Source of the DNA: an uncultured Gemmatimonadaceae bacterium
GTDB lineage: Bacteria > Gemmatimonadota > Gemmatimonadetes > Gemmatimonadales > Gemmatimonadaceae
Assembly: GCA_963751275.1 (NCBI GenBank)
Contig: CAVVTZ010000009.1
Location: forward strand, 320,001 to 384,000
DNA: 64,000 nucleotides
Direction of reading: 5' to 3'
Under the pieces are notes generated by a model. That model did no database searches and was not told where the DNA came from. It saw nothing but the letters and a program-made list of their open reading frames with translations. The translations under genes and the position numbers were made by a program. Below, piece by piece: positions 21,287-32,356 of this stretch (positions within the stretch are counted from its first letter, which is position 1; each line of letters starts with the position of its first letter).

Positions 21287-22087
21287 TCAGTCGTGCTCTT
21301 CGCTCGCCGCCCACTGGAAGAATCGCACGCTGGCGAACGCGAAGAAGATCATCCCGCCGGGGATCCACATCAACAGCCCGCCGTACCGCTGGTCCTCGAT
21401 CGGCGTGATCCCCCAGATCCTCGGCGCCGCCGCATACGCGGGATAGAGCGAACTGTCCGAGTACGTGAGCACGATCGCGAGCACCGACATGGGGAGCGCC
21501 ATCGCGATCGCGTAGAGCATCTGCTGGGGGTACGGCAGCCGCGGCAGCTCGGGCATCGTGCTCATGAGCGGCCACCACATGATCGTCGCCGACACGAGGA
21601 AGCACAGGTGCTGGACGATGTGCACGTCGTGGTTCGCCATCGCGAGATTGTACAGCGGCGGCAGGTGCCACACGATGAGCGTGATGTTGAAGATCGCGAA
21701 CGCGGCGATGGGGGTGGTGATGCGCTTCGCCAGCGCGAACACCCAGGGCACCTGCACCGCGGGGCGCAGCATCCAATCGGGCGTGCCCGCGAGGAGCAGC
21801 GGCGGCACGAGCATGGTGAGCACGAGGTGCTGCGCCATGTGCACCGTGAAGAGGTACCCATCGCTCAAGTCGTGGAACGGACCGTTGAGCGTGAAGAAGA
21901 GCACGGCGAGGCCGCACACGAACGCCGCGCGCTGGCCGGTGGTGGGACCGCCCGCCGGTCCCTTCCGCGCGCGCCACATATAGAGCGCCGCGAGCGCGGC
22001 GATCCCGATGACCGTGGACGGATGGATGCTGAAGCCGAGCCCGAGCGATGTGAGCGGATGGAGCGCCAGCAGTGCCCTGAACATCAC
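21287..22087 (-). CDS. ctaG: Cytochrome c oxidase assembly factor, Caa3_CtaG family
   Basis: LFTVHMAQHL, WHLPPLY, HIVQH, DQRYGGLLMWIPGG. Confidence 0.9.
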   Translation of the reverse strand: MMFRALLALHPLTSLGLGFSIHPSTVIGIAALAALYMWRARKGPAGGPTTGQRAAFVCGLAVLFFTLNGPFHDLSDGYLFTVHMAQHLVLTMLVPPLLLAGTPDWMLRPAVQVPWVFALAKRITTPIAAFAIFNITLIVWHLPPLYNLAMANHDVHIVQHLCFLVSATIMWWPLMSTMPELPRLPYPQQMLYAIAMALPMSVLAIVLTYSDSSLYPAYAAAPRIWGITPIEDQRYGGLLMWIPGGMIFFAFASVRFFQWAASEEHD

Positions 22088-22112
22088 GCCTCCCTCGGGC
22101 GCGGGGGCGGAC

Positions 22113-22439
22113 TCACCCCGCGTGGATCGACAGATGCCCGAAGAGGAACATCAGCGCGATCATGATGAGGATCGCGACCGTGAGCGGGCCCACGAAGAGC
22201 GCGCGGAAGAGCTTCTTGTCGTACTTGAGGTGCATGTAGAACGCGACGACGATCGCGAACTTGAGCGCGCCGAAGATCAGGATGGTCGGCACGAAGTAGC
22301 GCGTGGCGACGAAGGAGGGGATGTAGTAGACCCACACCTCGAAGACCGTCATGAAGAACAGGATGAGCGCGACCCACTTGTATGTCTCCCAGCCCACGTG
22401 GGTCTGGTCGTGCGAGTCGAGCTTGGATTCGTCGGCCAT
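22113..22439 (-). CDS. Cytochrome c oxidase subunit IV family
   Basis: Three TM helices, KFAIVVAFYMHLKYD. Confidence 0.88.
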   Translation of the reverse strand: MADESKLDSHDQTHVGWETYKWVALILFFMTVFEVWVYYIPSFVATRYFVPTILIFGALKFAIVVAFYMHLKYDKKLFRALFVGPLTVAILIMIALMFLFGHLSIHAG

Positions 22440-22448
22440 CGGAAGCCT

Positions 22449-23090
22449 CTACTTGATCAGGTAGACGAGCGCGAAGATCGCGATCCAGACCACGTCGACG
22501 AAGTGCCAGTACAGCGCGCAGATGTCGACGTTGATCGCATCCCGCGGCGCGAGCCCGCGCTTGATGTCGATGAAGAGCAGCGTGCTGAGCCAGAGCACGC
22601 CGGCCGCGACGTGGGCGCCGTGGAAGCCGGTGAGGATGAAGAACGTCGAGCCGAACAGGTTCGTCGTGATCGTGAGCCCTTCGTGCACGAACGACGTGAA
22701 CTCGTACGCCTGGAACGCGAGGAACGTCGCGCCGGCGGCCGCGGTCGCGAGCAGCCAGAGCTTCGAGTACTTCCGGTCGCCGCGCACGACGGCCGAGTGC
22801 GCGAGCACCATGAACAGCGACGACATCAGCAGCACGAACGTCGACGCCGAGGTGACCGGGATGTTCAGGATCGGCTTGAGCACCTGGCCGGTGGCGGGAT
22901 TGGTCCACGCCTCGTGCGGGAAGGGGCCGACGATCGAGCGTCCTTTGTAGATGAGATAGGTGGAGATCAGCGACGCGAAGAAGAAGCACTCCGAGCCGAT
23001 GAACGCCCAGATGGCGATCTTGTTGCTGTTGAGGCCGGTGCTGGTGTAATGCTCGCCAGCGTGGGCGTCGGCGGTAGCGGCGTGGGCCAC
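22449..23090 (-). CDS. ctaE: Cytochrome c oxidase subunit III
   Basis: FIGSECFFF, TGFHGAHV, LYWHFVDVVW. Confidence 0.93.
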   Translation of the reverse strand: MAHAATADAHAGEHYTSTGLNSNKIAIWAFIGSECFFFASLISTYLIYKGRSIVGPFPHEAWTNPATGQVLKPILNIPVTSASTFVLLMSSLFMVLAHSAVVRGDRKYSKLWLLATAAAGATFLAFQAYEFTSFVHEGLTITTNLFGSTFFILTGFHGAHVAAGVLWLSTLLFIDIKRGLAPRDAINVDICALYWHFVDVVWIAIFALVYLIK

Positions 23091-23101
23091 GGATCCTCTC
23101 T

Positions 23102-24971
23102 CTAGTGGTGTTCGGGTTCCAGCGGCGTGAGCAGCCAGTTATACAGCGTGCCGACGAAGATCATCGCGCCGAGCAGCATCAGGATCATGTTCTTGTGCCA
23201 GATCACGCCGGTGAAGACGACGCCGAGTCCCATCGCCGCGATCAGCGGCTTGATGGTGGCCGTCGGCATCGGGATGTGCAGCTCGGCGGCGGTCTTGTAG
23301 GTGGCCGGCGTGGACGGCGCCGGGTACGTCTCCGGACCGGGGCCCGGGTCGCCGTGCCACAACGGCGTGCGCGAGGTGACGTTCGGCAGCGCGGCGAAAT
23401 TGTAGTCCGGCGGCGGGGATGGGATGCTCCACTCGAGCGTGGCGCCGCCCCACGGATCGTTGCCCGCGATCTTCCCCGTCTTCATGCTGCGGAACCAGTT
23501 GATCACGAAGAGCAGCACGCCGAAGGCGATCAGGTAGGCGCCGATCGTCGCCATCTTGTTCTCGCTGTCCCAGCCCTGGTTCGCGTCGTACGTCCAGGTG
23601 CGGCGCGGCATGCCGTTCAGTCCCAGGAAGTGCATCGGGAAGAACGTGAGGTTCATGCCGATGAACGTCACCCAGAACTGGATGTTGCCGAGCTTCTCGC
23701 TCATGATGCGGCCGGTCATCTTCGGGTAGTAGAAGTACATGCCGGCGAAGAGGCCCATCATGGAGCCGCCGAAGAGCACGTAATGGAAGTGCGCGACGAT
23801 GAAGTAGCTGTCGGTCTGCTGCAGGTCGCTCGGCGGCGATGAGTGCATCACGCCGGAGATGCCGCCGATGGTGAACAGCGCGACGAGCGCGATGCCGAAC
23901 TTCATGGCGGTCGTGAAGCGCAGGGTGCCGCCCCAGAGCGTGCCCAGCCAGTTGAAGATCTTCACGCCGGTGGGGATCCCGATGAGCATGGTCATGACCG
24001 AGAACATCGAGTCGGCCACCGGCCCCATGCCCACGGCGAACATGTGGTGCGCCCACACGCCGAAGCCGAGGAAGGCGATGAGCATGCCCGAGTACACCAT
24101 CACGGAGTACCCGAAGATGGGCTTCCGCGAGAACACCGGCAGCACTTCGGACACGAGTCCGAAGGCCGGCAGGATGCAGGATGTAGACCTCGGGATGCCC
24201 GAAGAGCCAGAACAGGTGCTGCCAGAGGAGCGGATCGGCGCCGTTGGCGATCGTGTAGAAGTTCGTGCCGTAGAAGCGGTCGAACATCAGGAAGGTGACC
24301 GCGACGGTGATGATCGGGAACGAGAGCACGATCAGGAACTGCGTGACGAAGCTCATCCACGTGAAGATCGGCATGCGCATGAACGTCATGCCGGGCGCGC
24401 GCAGATTGATGATCGTCGTGATGAAATTGAAGCCGGCCGCCAGCGACGAGAGGCCGAGGATCTGCAGGCCGAGCACCCAGAAGTCGATGTTGAGCCCCGG
24501 GTTGTAGGCCTTGGTGGTGAGCGGCGCATAGCCGAACCATCCGGCGTCGGGCGCGGCGTGCAGCAGCCACGACACGTTCATGAACACGCCGCCGAGCAGG
24601 AACACCCAGTAGCTGAAGGCGTTGAGGCGCGGGAAGGCGACGTCGCGCGCGCCGATCTGCAGCGGGATCAGGAAATTGAAGAAGGCCGCGGAGAAGGGCA
24701 TGATCACCAGGAACACCATGGTGGTGCCGTGCATGGTGAACAGCTGGTTGTACGTGTCCGCGGTGACGAGGCGGCCGTTCGGGCCCCAGAGCTGCGTGCG
24801 GATCATCAGCGCTTCGATGCCGCCGATGATGAACCACATGAGCGATGTGTAGAGATACAGCTTGCCGATCCGCTTGTGGTCGGTGGTCGCGAGCCAGCTC
24901 CAGATGCCGGAGTCGTAGCGCGATTTCTCTGGCTGCGCGGTGACCGCGGGGGGCGTGACTGTCGTTGCCAT
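23102..24971 (-). CDS. ctaD: Cytochrome c oxidase subunit I, A1-type (one frameshift near 24180)
   Basis: TDHKRIG, FTMHGT, WLFGHPEVY, VWAHHMF, AHFHY, GMPRR. Confidence 0.95.
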
Positions 24972-24983
24972 TGCCGTCTCCGG

Positions 24984-26190
24984 TTACTTCAGGGCGGTGA
25001 GATACGCCGCGAGATCGGCGATCTGCTGATCGGTGAGGCCGCCGGCGGGCATGAAGCCGGAGCCGAGCGCCATCATCTGGGAACCGGGCTTCATCATGGG
25101 CGCGTCCTTGATCCACGCCATGAGGTGCGCGGGGTCGTTCGGATAGAGGCCGGCGCCGATGGAGGTGCGGCTGCCGACGTGCGTGAGGTTCGGCCCGATC
25201 ACGCCGGCCGAGACGCCCTGCACGGTGTGGCAGGCGATGCAGGGGGCGGTCTTGAAGAAGGCGGCGCCGCGCGCGGCGTCGCCGGTCATTGGATCGGCGA
25301 GTTCATGCGGCGTGGGCGTCGCGGGGACGATCCACACCGGAAGTTGGTCCTTGGGCCACGTGCCGGTGGTGAGCATCGCGGGGGTGGGCGCGGGCGCCGC
25401 GGCGGCCGCGGGCGCGCCCTTCGCGCTCTTGGGCGGCGTGGTGGTGTCCACCGGCGCCGGGAAGTTCGGTCCCGTCTGCTCGTGCGCCGCCCAAGTCGGC
25501 GAATTGCTCCTTGCCCACCACGAACGCCTTGAAGCGCATGTTCGCGTGCGACGTGCCGCAGAATTCAGCGCAGAAACCGTTGTACGCGCCGATCGAGTCG
25601 GGGGTGAACCAGATGTGATTCGTATGATTCGAGATCAGGTCGCGCTTGCCGTTGAGCTGCGGGATCCAGAACGAGTGGAGGACATTGTTCGTGCGCAGCG
25701 AGAAGGTGACGGGGCGCCCGACGGGGAGATAGAGCTCGTTGGCGGTGACGATCTTGTACTCGGGATAGCGGAACTCCCACCACCACTGGTGCCCGATCAC
25801 TTCCACCTCGAGTGAGCCGGCCGGGGCCTCGGACTGCGTCAGGAAGATCATCCGGACCGTGGGCACGGCGATGAAGGCGAGGATCACGGCGGGAATGAAG
25901 GTCCACGCGATCTCGAGCTTCGTGTTCCCGTGCGTCTGGACGGCCTTGGTGTTGCCGGGGCGGTAGCGGAACTTGAAGATCGCGAAGATCAGCGCCGCCT
26001 CGACGAACACGAACACCCCGGCGCCGGCGTACACCAGCCCCATCGTGAGGTGATCGACATCGTGCCCGAACTGGGAGTGGGCGCCGAACATGGAGTTCGG
26101 CATGTGCGAGTCGCACGCGGCGAGCGCCAATGCCAGTATCGCGACGAGCGCGGCGAGGCCGGATCTGCGCGCGCGGGGGTGACCTGTCAT
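24984..26190 (-). CDS. ctaC: Cytochrome c oxidase subunit II with C-terminal cytochrome c (caa3-type; frameshift near 25495)
   Basis: Lipobox LAAC, HQWWW, HSFW, CuA motif CAEFCGTSHANM, then CIACH. Confidence 0.93.
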
Positions 26191-26338
26191 CCCGGATCCT
26201 TGCTGAGCGTGAGGGAGCGCCGGAAGCCGAAGCGCTCGCGAGCGGAAAGCCGCGGCGAAACTATCGCGCGGCAGGGGTCAAATCAATAGAGTGGATGGGT
26301 ATCCCGCCAGAGGGGGGCGCACGCGGCGCGCGCGGCGC

Positions 26339-27410
26339 TCAGTCGACCTTGCTCAGCCGCGGATTGGGGCGGAATTCCCGGCCGCGCTTCGCCTGCGGCT
26401 TGCCGGCCACCTTCACGATGTCGGCGGTGAAGTCGAAGCGGCCGCCGATACAGCGACGAGCCCACGCCGTAGGAGTCCACCGGCACCTTCGGCCTCCTCG
26501 AACTGCGCGGATCTTCTCGACGGTGAATCCGCCCGAGACGACGATCTTCACGTGGTCGAACCCCTCGGCGGTCGAGCGCGCGGCGGACGTTCCAGACGAG
26601 CTGCGGATTCACGCCGGTGGGCCGGAAGGTGCCCATCTCGCGGCACGATCGACTCGTCCACCATCGTTCTCGGACGTGTCGAGGCGCACGCCGTACAACT
26701 GCTGGCCGAGCGCGCGCGCGCACTCGAGGCTCGTGCGCACGCAGTCGTTCTGGTAATCGACGAGCGTGATGATCTGGATGGCGGGATCGGTGTAGCGCGC
26801 GAACTTCTCGGTCGCGAGCACGGTGTTGCCATCGTACGCGGCGATGAGCGCGTGCGGCACGGTGCCGGTGCCCGACGAGCCCCACCAGCTCGCCTGCGCG
26901 TCGGTGGAGACGCCGATCGCGCCGGCGATGTGCGCGGCGTAGCCGTCGCCCGTCTGCACGAGCCAGTGATCGTGGCGCGCGGGGAAGAACATCACCGTCT
27001 TGGGGCGCGCGGCGTCCACGACGAGGCGCGTGTTGGTGCCGACCCGCGTGCGGCGCGCGAGCACGCCCAGGTACAGCGTCTCGAGATGCGCGAAGGAAGC
27101 GTACGGCCCCTCGATCGTCATGACCGTCTCCCAGGGCGCGATCTCCTCGCCGTCGTACAGCGCGTGCACCTCGAGCGCGCTCCAGTCGAAGCTGCACAGC
27201 TTGAGGATGGCGATCGCCTCGTCCATGCCGCCGAGGAAGCCCTGCGCCTTGCCGAACACCTGCATCATGACGCGCGGCGGCGTGCCGGTCGGCGAGCAGG
27301 ATCTCGCGCGCGCGCACGAAGTACTTGTCGGAGTAGTAGCCCTCGCGCATGCGGTCCACGGGGAGGTGGAAGACCGACGGGTCGAGGCGCGGGCGCTTGC
27401 GGAGCGGCAT
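26339..27410 (-). CDS. Nicotinate phosphoribosyltransferase-like protein (several frameshifts)
   Basis: GYYSDKYF, LETLYLGVLARRT, FFPARHDHW, GTVPHALIAAY, GVRLDT, KIVVSGGF. Confidence 0.85.
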
Positions 27411-27522
27411 GAGGGGGTAGGGTAGCCCGAGGGGCCACGCTCGGCAAGCAGGCGCCGGGCTCGCACCGGCGTGTCGCGCGCACTGGCGGGGAGATGCGTG
27501 TGCGGGGCATCCTTAGCGTTCG

Positions 27523-28407
27523 ATGTCGATGCTCACCGCCAATCTGCTCTGTCTCGCGCTGGTGGCGCTGGATCTCGCGGCCCGCGCGTGGCGGATCCAG
27601 TTCATCCTGTGGGGGACGCATTACCGGATCTCGTTCTACGATTCGGTGGTGTTGAACTGCGTGGGCGACGTGGCGGCGGCGGCGACGCCGAACCGCATCG
27701 GCGGCGAACCGGCGCGGCTGGGCGGCATGGTGCTCTCGGGCGTTCCGATGGCGGCGGGCGTGGTGGCGATCGCGATCGAGACCGTGGTGATGTGGCCGGT
27801 GAACCTCGCGATCGCGGGCACGCTGGCGGTGATGTTCGCGCCGGAGTGGTGGCACACCGCGGGGCCGGCGCTCGAGGACACGTTCGACAATGCGTGGCCG
27901 TGGGTGATCGTGATGCTGCTCGCGGGGGTGGCTGCGTGGTGGGCACTGCGCAAGTACGCGCCGGCGCTCTCGCACTCGATGCGCCGCGGCACCAAGCGGG
28001 CGTGGGTCTATGTGCGGCGCATGCCGCGGTGGCCGTTGGTGACGTGCGCGGTGATGTCGGGCATCTCCGTGATGGCGCGCATCGCCATCCTGCCGGTGCT
28101 CGCGCTCACGCTGCCGCACCCGCCGCCGATGGGGCCGCTCTTCTTCGCATTGTTCGCGCTGATCTACGCGCAGCTGCTGCTGCCGACGCCCTCCGGTGCC
28201 GGCGCCGTGGAGCTGGGATTCCTCGGCGGCGCGGTGGGGAACCTCGGCACGGGGTACAAGAGCTTGCTGCTCCTGTGGCGATTCTATACGACCATCCTGC
28301 TCGTGATCCTGGGCATTGCGCTCGGCTTGCGGCGCTACGGACCCAAGGCGATCGAGGCGATCGTGCGAGGTCGCGCGACGGAACCTGAGACGACGGTGGG
28401 ACTATGA
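27523..28407 (+). CDS. Lysylphosphatidylglycerol synthase TM-region / flippase-like protein
   Basis: ARAWR, TPNRIGGEPAR, PTPSGAGAVELGF, WRFYT. Confidence 0.85.
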   Translation: MSMLTANLLCLALVALDLAARAWRIQFILWGTHYRISFYDSVVLNCVGDVAAAATPNRIGGEPARLGGMVLSGVPMAAGVVAIAIETVVMWPVNLAIAGTLAVMFAPEWWHTAGPALEDTFDNAWPWVIVMLLAGVAAWWALRKYAPALSHSMRRGTKRAWVYVRRMPRWPLVTCAVMSGISVMARIAILPVLALTLPHPPPMGPLFFALFALIYAQLLLPTPSGAGAVELGFLGGAVGNLGTGYKSLLLLWRFYTTILLVILGIALGLRRYGPKAIEAIVRGRATEPETTVGL

Positions 28408-29045
28408 AACGGCCGGTGATCTTCTGGGATGTGGACACGCAGCACGATTTCATGGACGCGAACGGCAAGCTGTACGTGCCGGGCGCGGAGGAGATCAAGC
28501 CGCTGCTGAAGCGGCTCACCGACTACGCGCACGCGAAGAAGATCCAGATCGTCGCGTCGAGCGACGATCACGTGCCGGGACACCGGGAGCTGTCGGCGTC
28601 GCCCGACTTCAACGAGACGTTCCCGGAGCACTGCATGCGCGGCACGCCGGGCGCGGAGAAGATCCCGGAGACCGCGCTCGTGGCGCCGTACATCCTCGAG
28701 CCGGAGGCGCAGCCGCACGAGGTGCTCGCGCGCACGCTGTGGGGCTACGCGGGCGACGTGCTGATCCGGAAGCACTGGTTCGACGTGTTCACGAACCCGA
28801 ACACGAAGAGCCTGCTCGAAGCCTGGGACCCGACCGAGATCGTCGTGTACGGCGTGGCGCTCGACGTGTGCGACAAGTACGCGATCGACGGGTTCATCGA
28901 CTTCGGCATCCCGCGCATCCACCTGGTGCTCGACGCGACGCGCGCGATCCACCCGGAGCGGACGGCCGCGCTGGTGGAGGGATGGAAGCGCCAGGAGGTG
29001 GAAGTGGTGACGACGGAAGACGTGGTGTGCGGCCGGGTGGTGTAG
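28404..29045 (+). CDS. pncA: Nicotinamidase / isochorismatase-family cysteine hydrolase
   Basis: DVDTQHDF, D-D-H, FPEHC..GT.GAE, GVALDVC; close to the NAPRT-like gene. Confidence 0.82.
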   Translation: MKRPVIFWDVDTQHDFMDANGKLYVPGAEEIKPLLKRLTDYAHAKKIQIVASSDDHVPGHRELSASPDFNETFPEHCMRGTPGAEKIPETALVAPYILEPEAQPHEVLARTLWGYAGDVLIRKHWFDVFTNPNTKSLLEAWDPTEIVVYGVALDVCDKYAIDGFIDFGIPRIHLVLDATRAIHPERTAALVEGWKRQEVEVVTTEDVVCGRVV

Positions 29046-30137
29046 CGGGTCGGTTCTTCCTGCCGGGCCCCACCGAGGTCCGGCCGGAGATCCTGTCGGC
29101 GATGGGGCGGCGGATGATCCCGCATCGCGGGCCGGCGATGCGCGAGATATTGGCGCGCGTGCATCCGCGGCTGCAGACCGTCATGGGCACGGAGCGTCCG
29201 GTGTACGTCGCGAGCTGCTCGGCCACCGGCATGATGGAGGCGGCGGTGCGCTGCGGGTCGCGCCAGCGAGTGCTCGCGCTGGTGAGCGGCGCGTTCGGCG
29301 AGCGGTTCGCGCGGATCGCGGAGGCGTGCGGGCGCGAGGTGACGCGCGTGAGCGTGCCGGCGGGGGACGTGGTGACCGTGGAGCAGCTCGCGATCGCGCT
29401 GGAGCATGGGACGTATGACGCGGTGACCGCGGTGCACGTCGAGACCTCCACGGGTGTCGTGCAGGACATCGAGGCGTTCGCGCGGATCACGCGCGGGCGC
29501 GGCGACACCATGCTGATCGTGGACGCGGTGGCGAGCGCGGGCGGGATGCCGGTGAAGATGGATGAGTGGGGCGCCGACGTGATCGTGAGCGCGTCGCAAA
29601 AGGCGCTGGCGGTGCCGCCCGGTCTCGCCTTCGCGGCGTGCTCCGAACGCGCGATGGAGCGGTGCGTCACGCTGCCGGAGCGCGGCATGTATCTCGATCT
29701 CGCGCGGTACGACGAGTTCTGGCGAAAGGGGGAGACGCTCGGCACGCCGGCGCTCTCGGTGGTGTTCGCACTCGACGCGCAGCTGGAGGCGATCGAGGCG
29801 GAGGGGCTGGAGCGGCGGTACATGCGGCACATTGCGATGCGCTCGGCCGTCACCAAATGGGTCGCGGCGGCGCACGCGCGACACTTGCCGGTGGCATTCC
29901 TCGCGGCGGTGGAGCACCGCGCGCCGACGGTGAGTTGCTTGCGATACGAGGGGGACTGCGCGGACCTGCTCGAACGGCTGCGCCTGCGGGGGTATGTGAT
30001 CGGCGCGGGCTACGGCGATCTTGCGTCGCGTGACGATCCGCATCGGGCATATGGGGGACCACACGATCGCGGAGACGGACTCACTGCTGAGCGCCATTGA
30101 TGAAGCCATGGTCGAGGCGACCGGAGTCACGACGTGA
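29027..30137 (+). CDS. Class V aminotransferase (Ser-pyruvate/Ala-glyoxylate type; frameshift near 30030)
   Basis: FLPGPTEV, VHVETSTG, VDAVAS, SASQKALAVPPG; C-terminal IRIGHMG in the shifted frame ends at TGA 30135-30137. Start approximate. Confidence 0.88.
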
Positions 30138-30296
30138 CGGCGAGGGTGACACCGCTGACGGCGAGGGTGACGACGCTGACGGCGCCTGTGATCGTTGACG
30201 TGTGGCAACTACATGCGCCGCGGCCGTCGCCACAGGTCAACGACCACAGGCGCTCCCAGCGGTGTCACCCTCGCCGTCAGCGGCGTTACACTCGCC
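30135..30296. repeat. Inverted-repeat element family B, copy 2
   Basis: Same 21-nt units and core hairpin as 3857-4040; fills the whole gap between two convergent stop codons. Confidence 0.93.
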
Positions 30297-30297
30297 A

Positions 30298-30849
30298 CTA
30301 TCGAACTCTCGCTTTCTCCCCCATGCGTTCCACGAAGACCTCACGCAGCCCTTCCAGCGTCTCGGGCCACACCACCGCGCGTTTGGGCAGGTAATACGCC
30401 GATCGGTTCGCGAAGATGAGGAAGAACTCCGGCGTCTCCGTGGTCAGGCTCACTTCGCGCCAGGCGAATTTGTCTTCGAATGTCTCGCCGGCGATGCTGA
30501 GGCCGCGCGCATCGAACGTGTAGCGGCGCTCCTGGAGGGTGAGCGGGTTGTCGAGGAGCTGGCGGCGCGCGGCGCGCCGCACGGCGCCGCGGCGCCAGAG
30601 GATCGTCACGGTGAGCAGCACGGCCGGCACGCCGATCCAGATCATCAGCTCCACCGGGGGCTCCTTGGTCTTCCACCAGCGCCACGCGATCGCGCCGGCC
30701 GCGCCGAGCGCGAGCAGCACGAGCGCCACGATGCGCAGCTCGCGTGTCATGCGCCGCACCTGCTTCGCGTGGTACGCTTGCAGCGCGCTCACCGCCCGCA
30801 CATGCTCGTCCGGGGTGACGCGCCAGATCACCGTGCAGGAGTTCGCCAC
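30298..30849 (-). CDS. YcxB family membrane protein
   Basis: Two TM helices, then Y.FDARGL, W.EV...ETPEFFLI....AYYLPKRA. Confidence 0.8.
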   Translation of the reverse strand: MANSCTVIWRVTPDEHVRAVSALQAYHAKQVRRMTRELRIVALVLLALGAAGAIAWRWWKTKEPPVELMIWIGVPAVLLTVTILWRRGAVRRAARRQLLDNPLTLQERRYTFDARGLSIAGETFEDKFAWREVSLTTETPEFFLIFANRSAYYLPKRAVVWPETLEGLREVFVERMGEKARVR

Positions 30850-30855
30850 GGATCC

Positions 30856-32348
30856 TTACGAGCCGGCGAGGAGCGGACGCGGCACGGGCATCTCGCTCGT
30901 GGGGCCGCCGATGGCCATCTCGCGGGTCGGTCCGCTCGGGGCATTTCCAATGTGGGCCCGGACGCGGGCATCTCCCTCGTATGTTCCTGCCGCCTATCAC
31001 CGCCTTCCACCCGGAACGTGGAGACGAGCGCGAGCAGCCGCTGCGACGCTTCGGCGAGCGCGCTCGCGGCGGCGGTGATCTCCTGGGTCGTCGCGCTCTG
31101 CTGCTCGCTCGCGGCGGCCACCTGCTGCATCGACGCGGCGAAGTTCTCGGTGCCGCGCGCGAGTTCATCGAGGCGCACGGTGGCCTGGAGGATCAGCTCG
31201 GTGCTCTCGCTCGCGGTGCGCTCGATCTCCTTGGTCCAGCCCTCCGCGTCATGCACGGCGCGCTCCACCTGTGCGAAGCTGTCGAGCGCGCTGCGCGTGG
31301 CGAGCTGCACGGTGCCGAGCGTCTCGCGGGTGCGCTGGCTCGCCTCGCGCGAGTCTTCCACGTGCGCCAGCACGCCGGCGACGGTCGCCGCGGTCCTCTC
31401 CGCGGCGTCCGCCGAGCTCGCCGCGAGCTTGCGGATCTCGGCGGCGACCACGGCGAATCCTTCGCCCTGCTCGCCGGCGCGCGCCGCTTCCATGCTCGCG
31501 TTGAGCGCGAGCAGCTTGGACTGGCGCGCGATGCGGCGCACGAGCGTCACGAAGGCGCCGATCTCCTGCGAGGCCGCGGCGAGCGCCTCGGCGCTCTCGG
31601 CCGAGCGCGCGGCATCGGCGCCCACCGTCGCGAGCGCGGCGGAGCTCGCGTCGAGCCGCTCGCGGTTCTGCGCCGCGAGCGCGCTGAGCTTGGCGTTGCG
31701 CGCCACGCCCTCGCGCGCGCCGTTGGCGAGGCTCGTCGAGTTCCGCATGAGCATCGCGGCGTCCACCGCGCTCTCGGCGATCGAGCGCGCCATGTCGGAC
31801 GACTGGCCGCTCAAGTCGGCGGAGGTCTGCGCCATCTCGGAGGCGGCCGCGGACATCTCCTCGGTGCCGGAGGTGATCTGCACGGACATCGCGGCCGTCT
31901 CGGCGGCGGACTCGCGGATCGCCAGCACGAGGCGGCGCAGTTCGAGCACCATGGCCTCGGCGGCGCGCGAGAGACGGCCCATCTCGTCATCGTCGGCGGT
32001 GGTGTCGGGCAGGCTGGAGAGGTCGCCGGAGGCCACGCGCTCGGCGCTCTCGGCGAGCACCGCGGCGGGATCGGTCACGCGCCGCGCGACGTAGCGGCTC
32101 ATGGCCCAGAGCAGGAGCTGGATGAGCGCGAGGATGAAGGCGGCGCCCAGCATGATGCGGTCGTGCGCGGCATCGTATTCGTCGATCGGCCGGCCGGCGA
32201 GGAGCGTGTCCACCCAGCGCATGAGCGCCCACGCGAGCGTGCCGACGACGGCGAGCGAGACGATGCCGAGCATCGCGGCGATGCGCGCCTGGATGCCGCG
32301 CTGGAGGCGCGCTCGCTTGTGGGGCTTGGTCGTGCGGCTAGATTTCAC
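30856..32348 (-). CDS. Methyl-accepting chemotaxis protein (2 TM, HAMP, signalling domain; frameshift near 30935)
   Basis: [51 protein letters not shown]. Corrected end TAA 30856-30858; start uncertain. Confidence 0.88.
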
Positions 32349-32356
32349 GGCCCACC

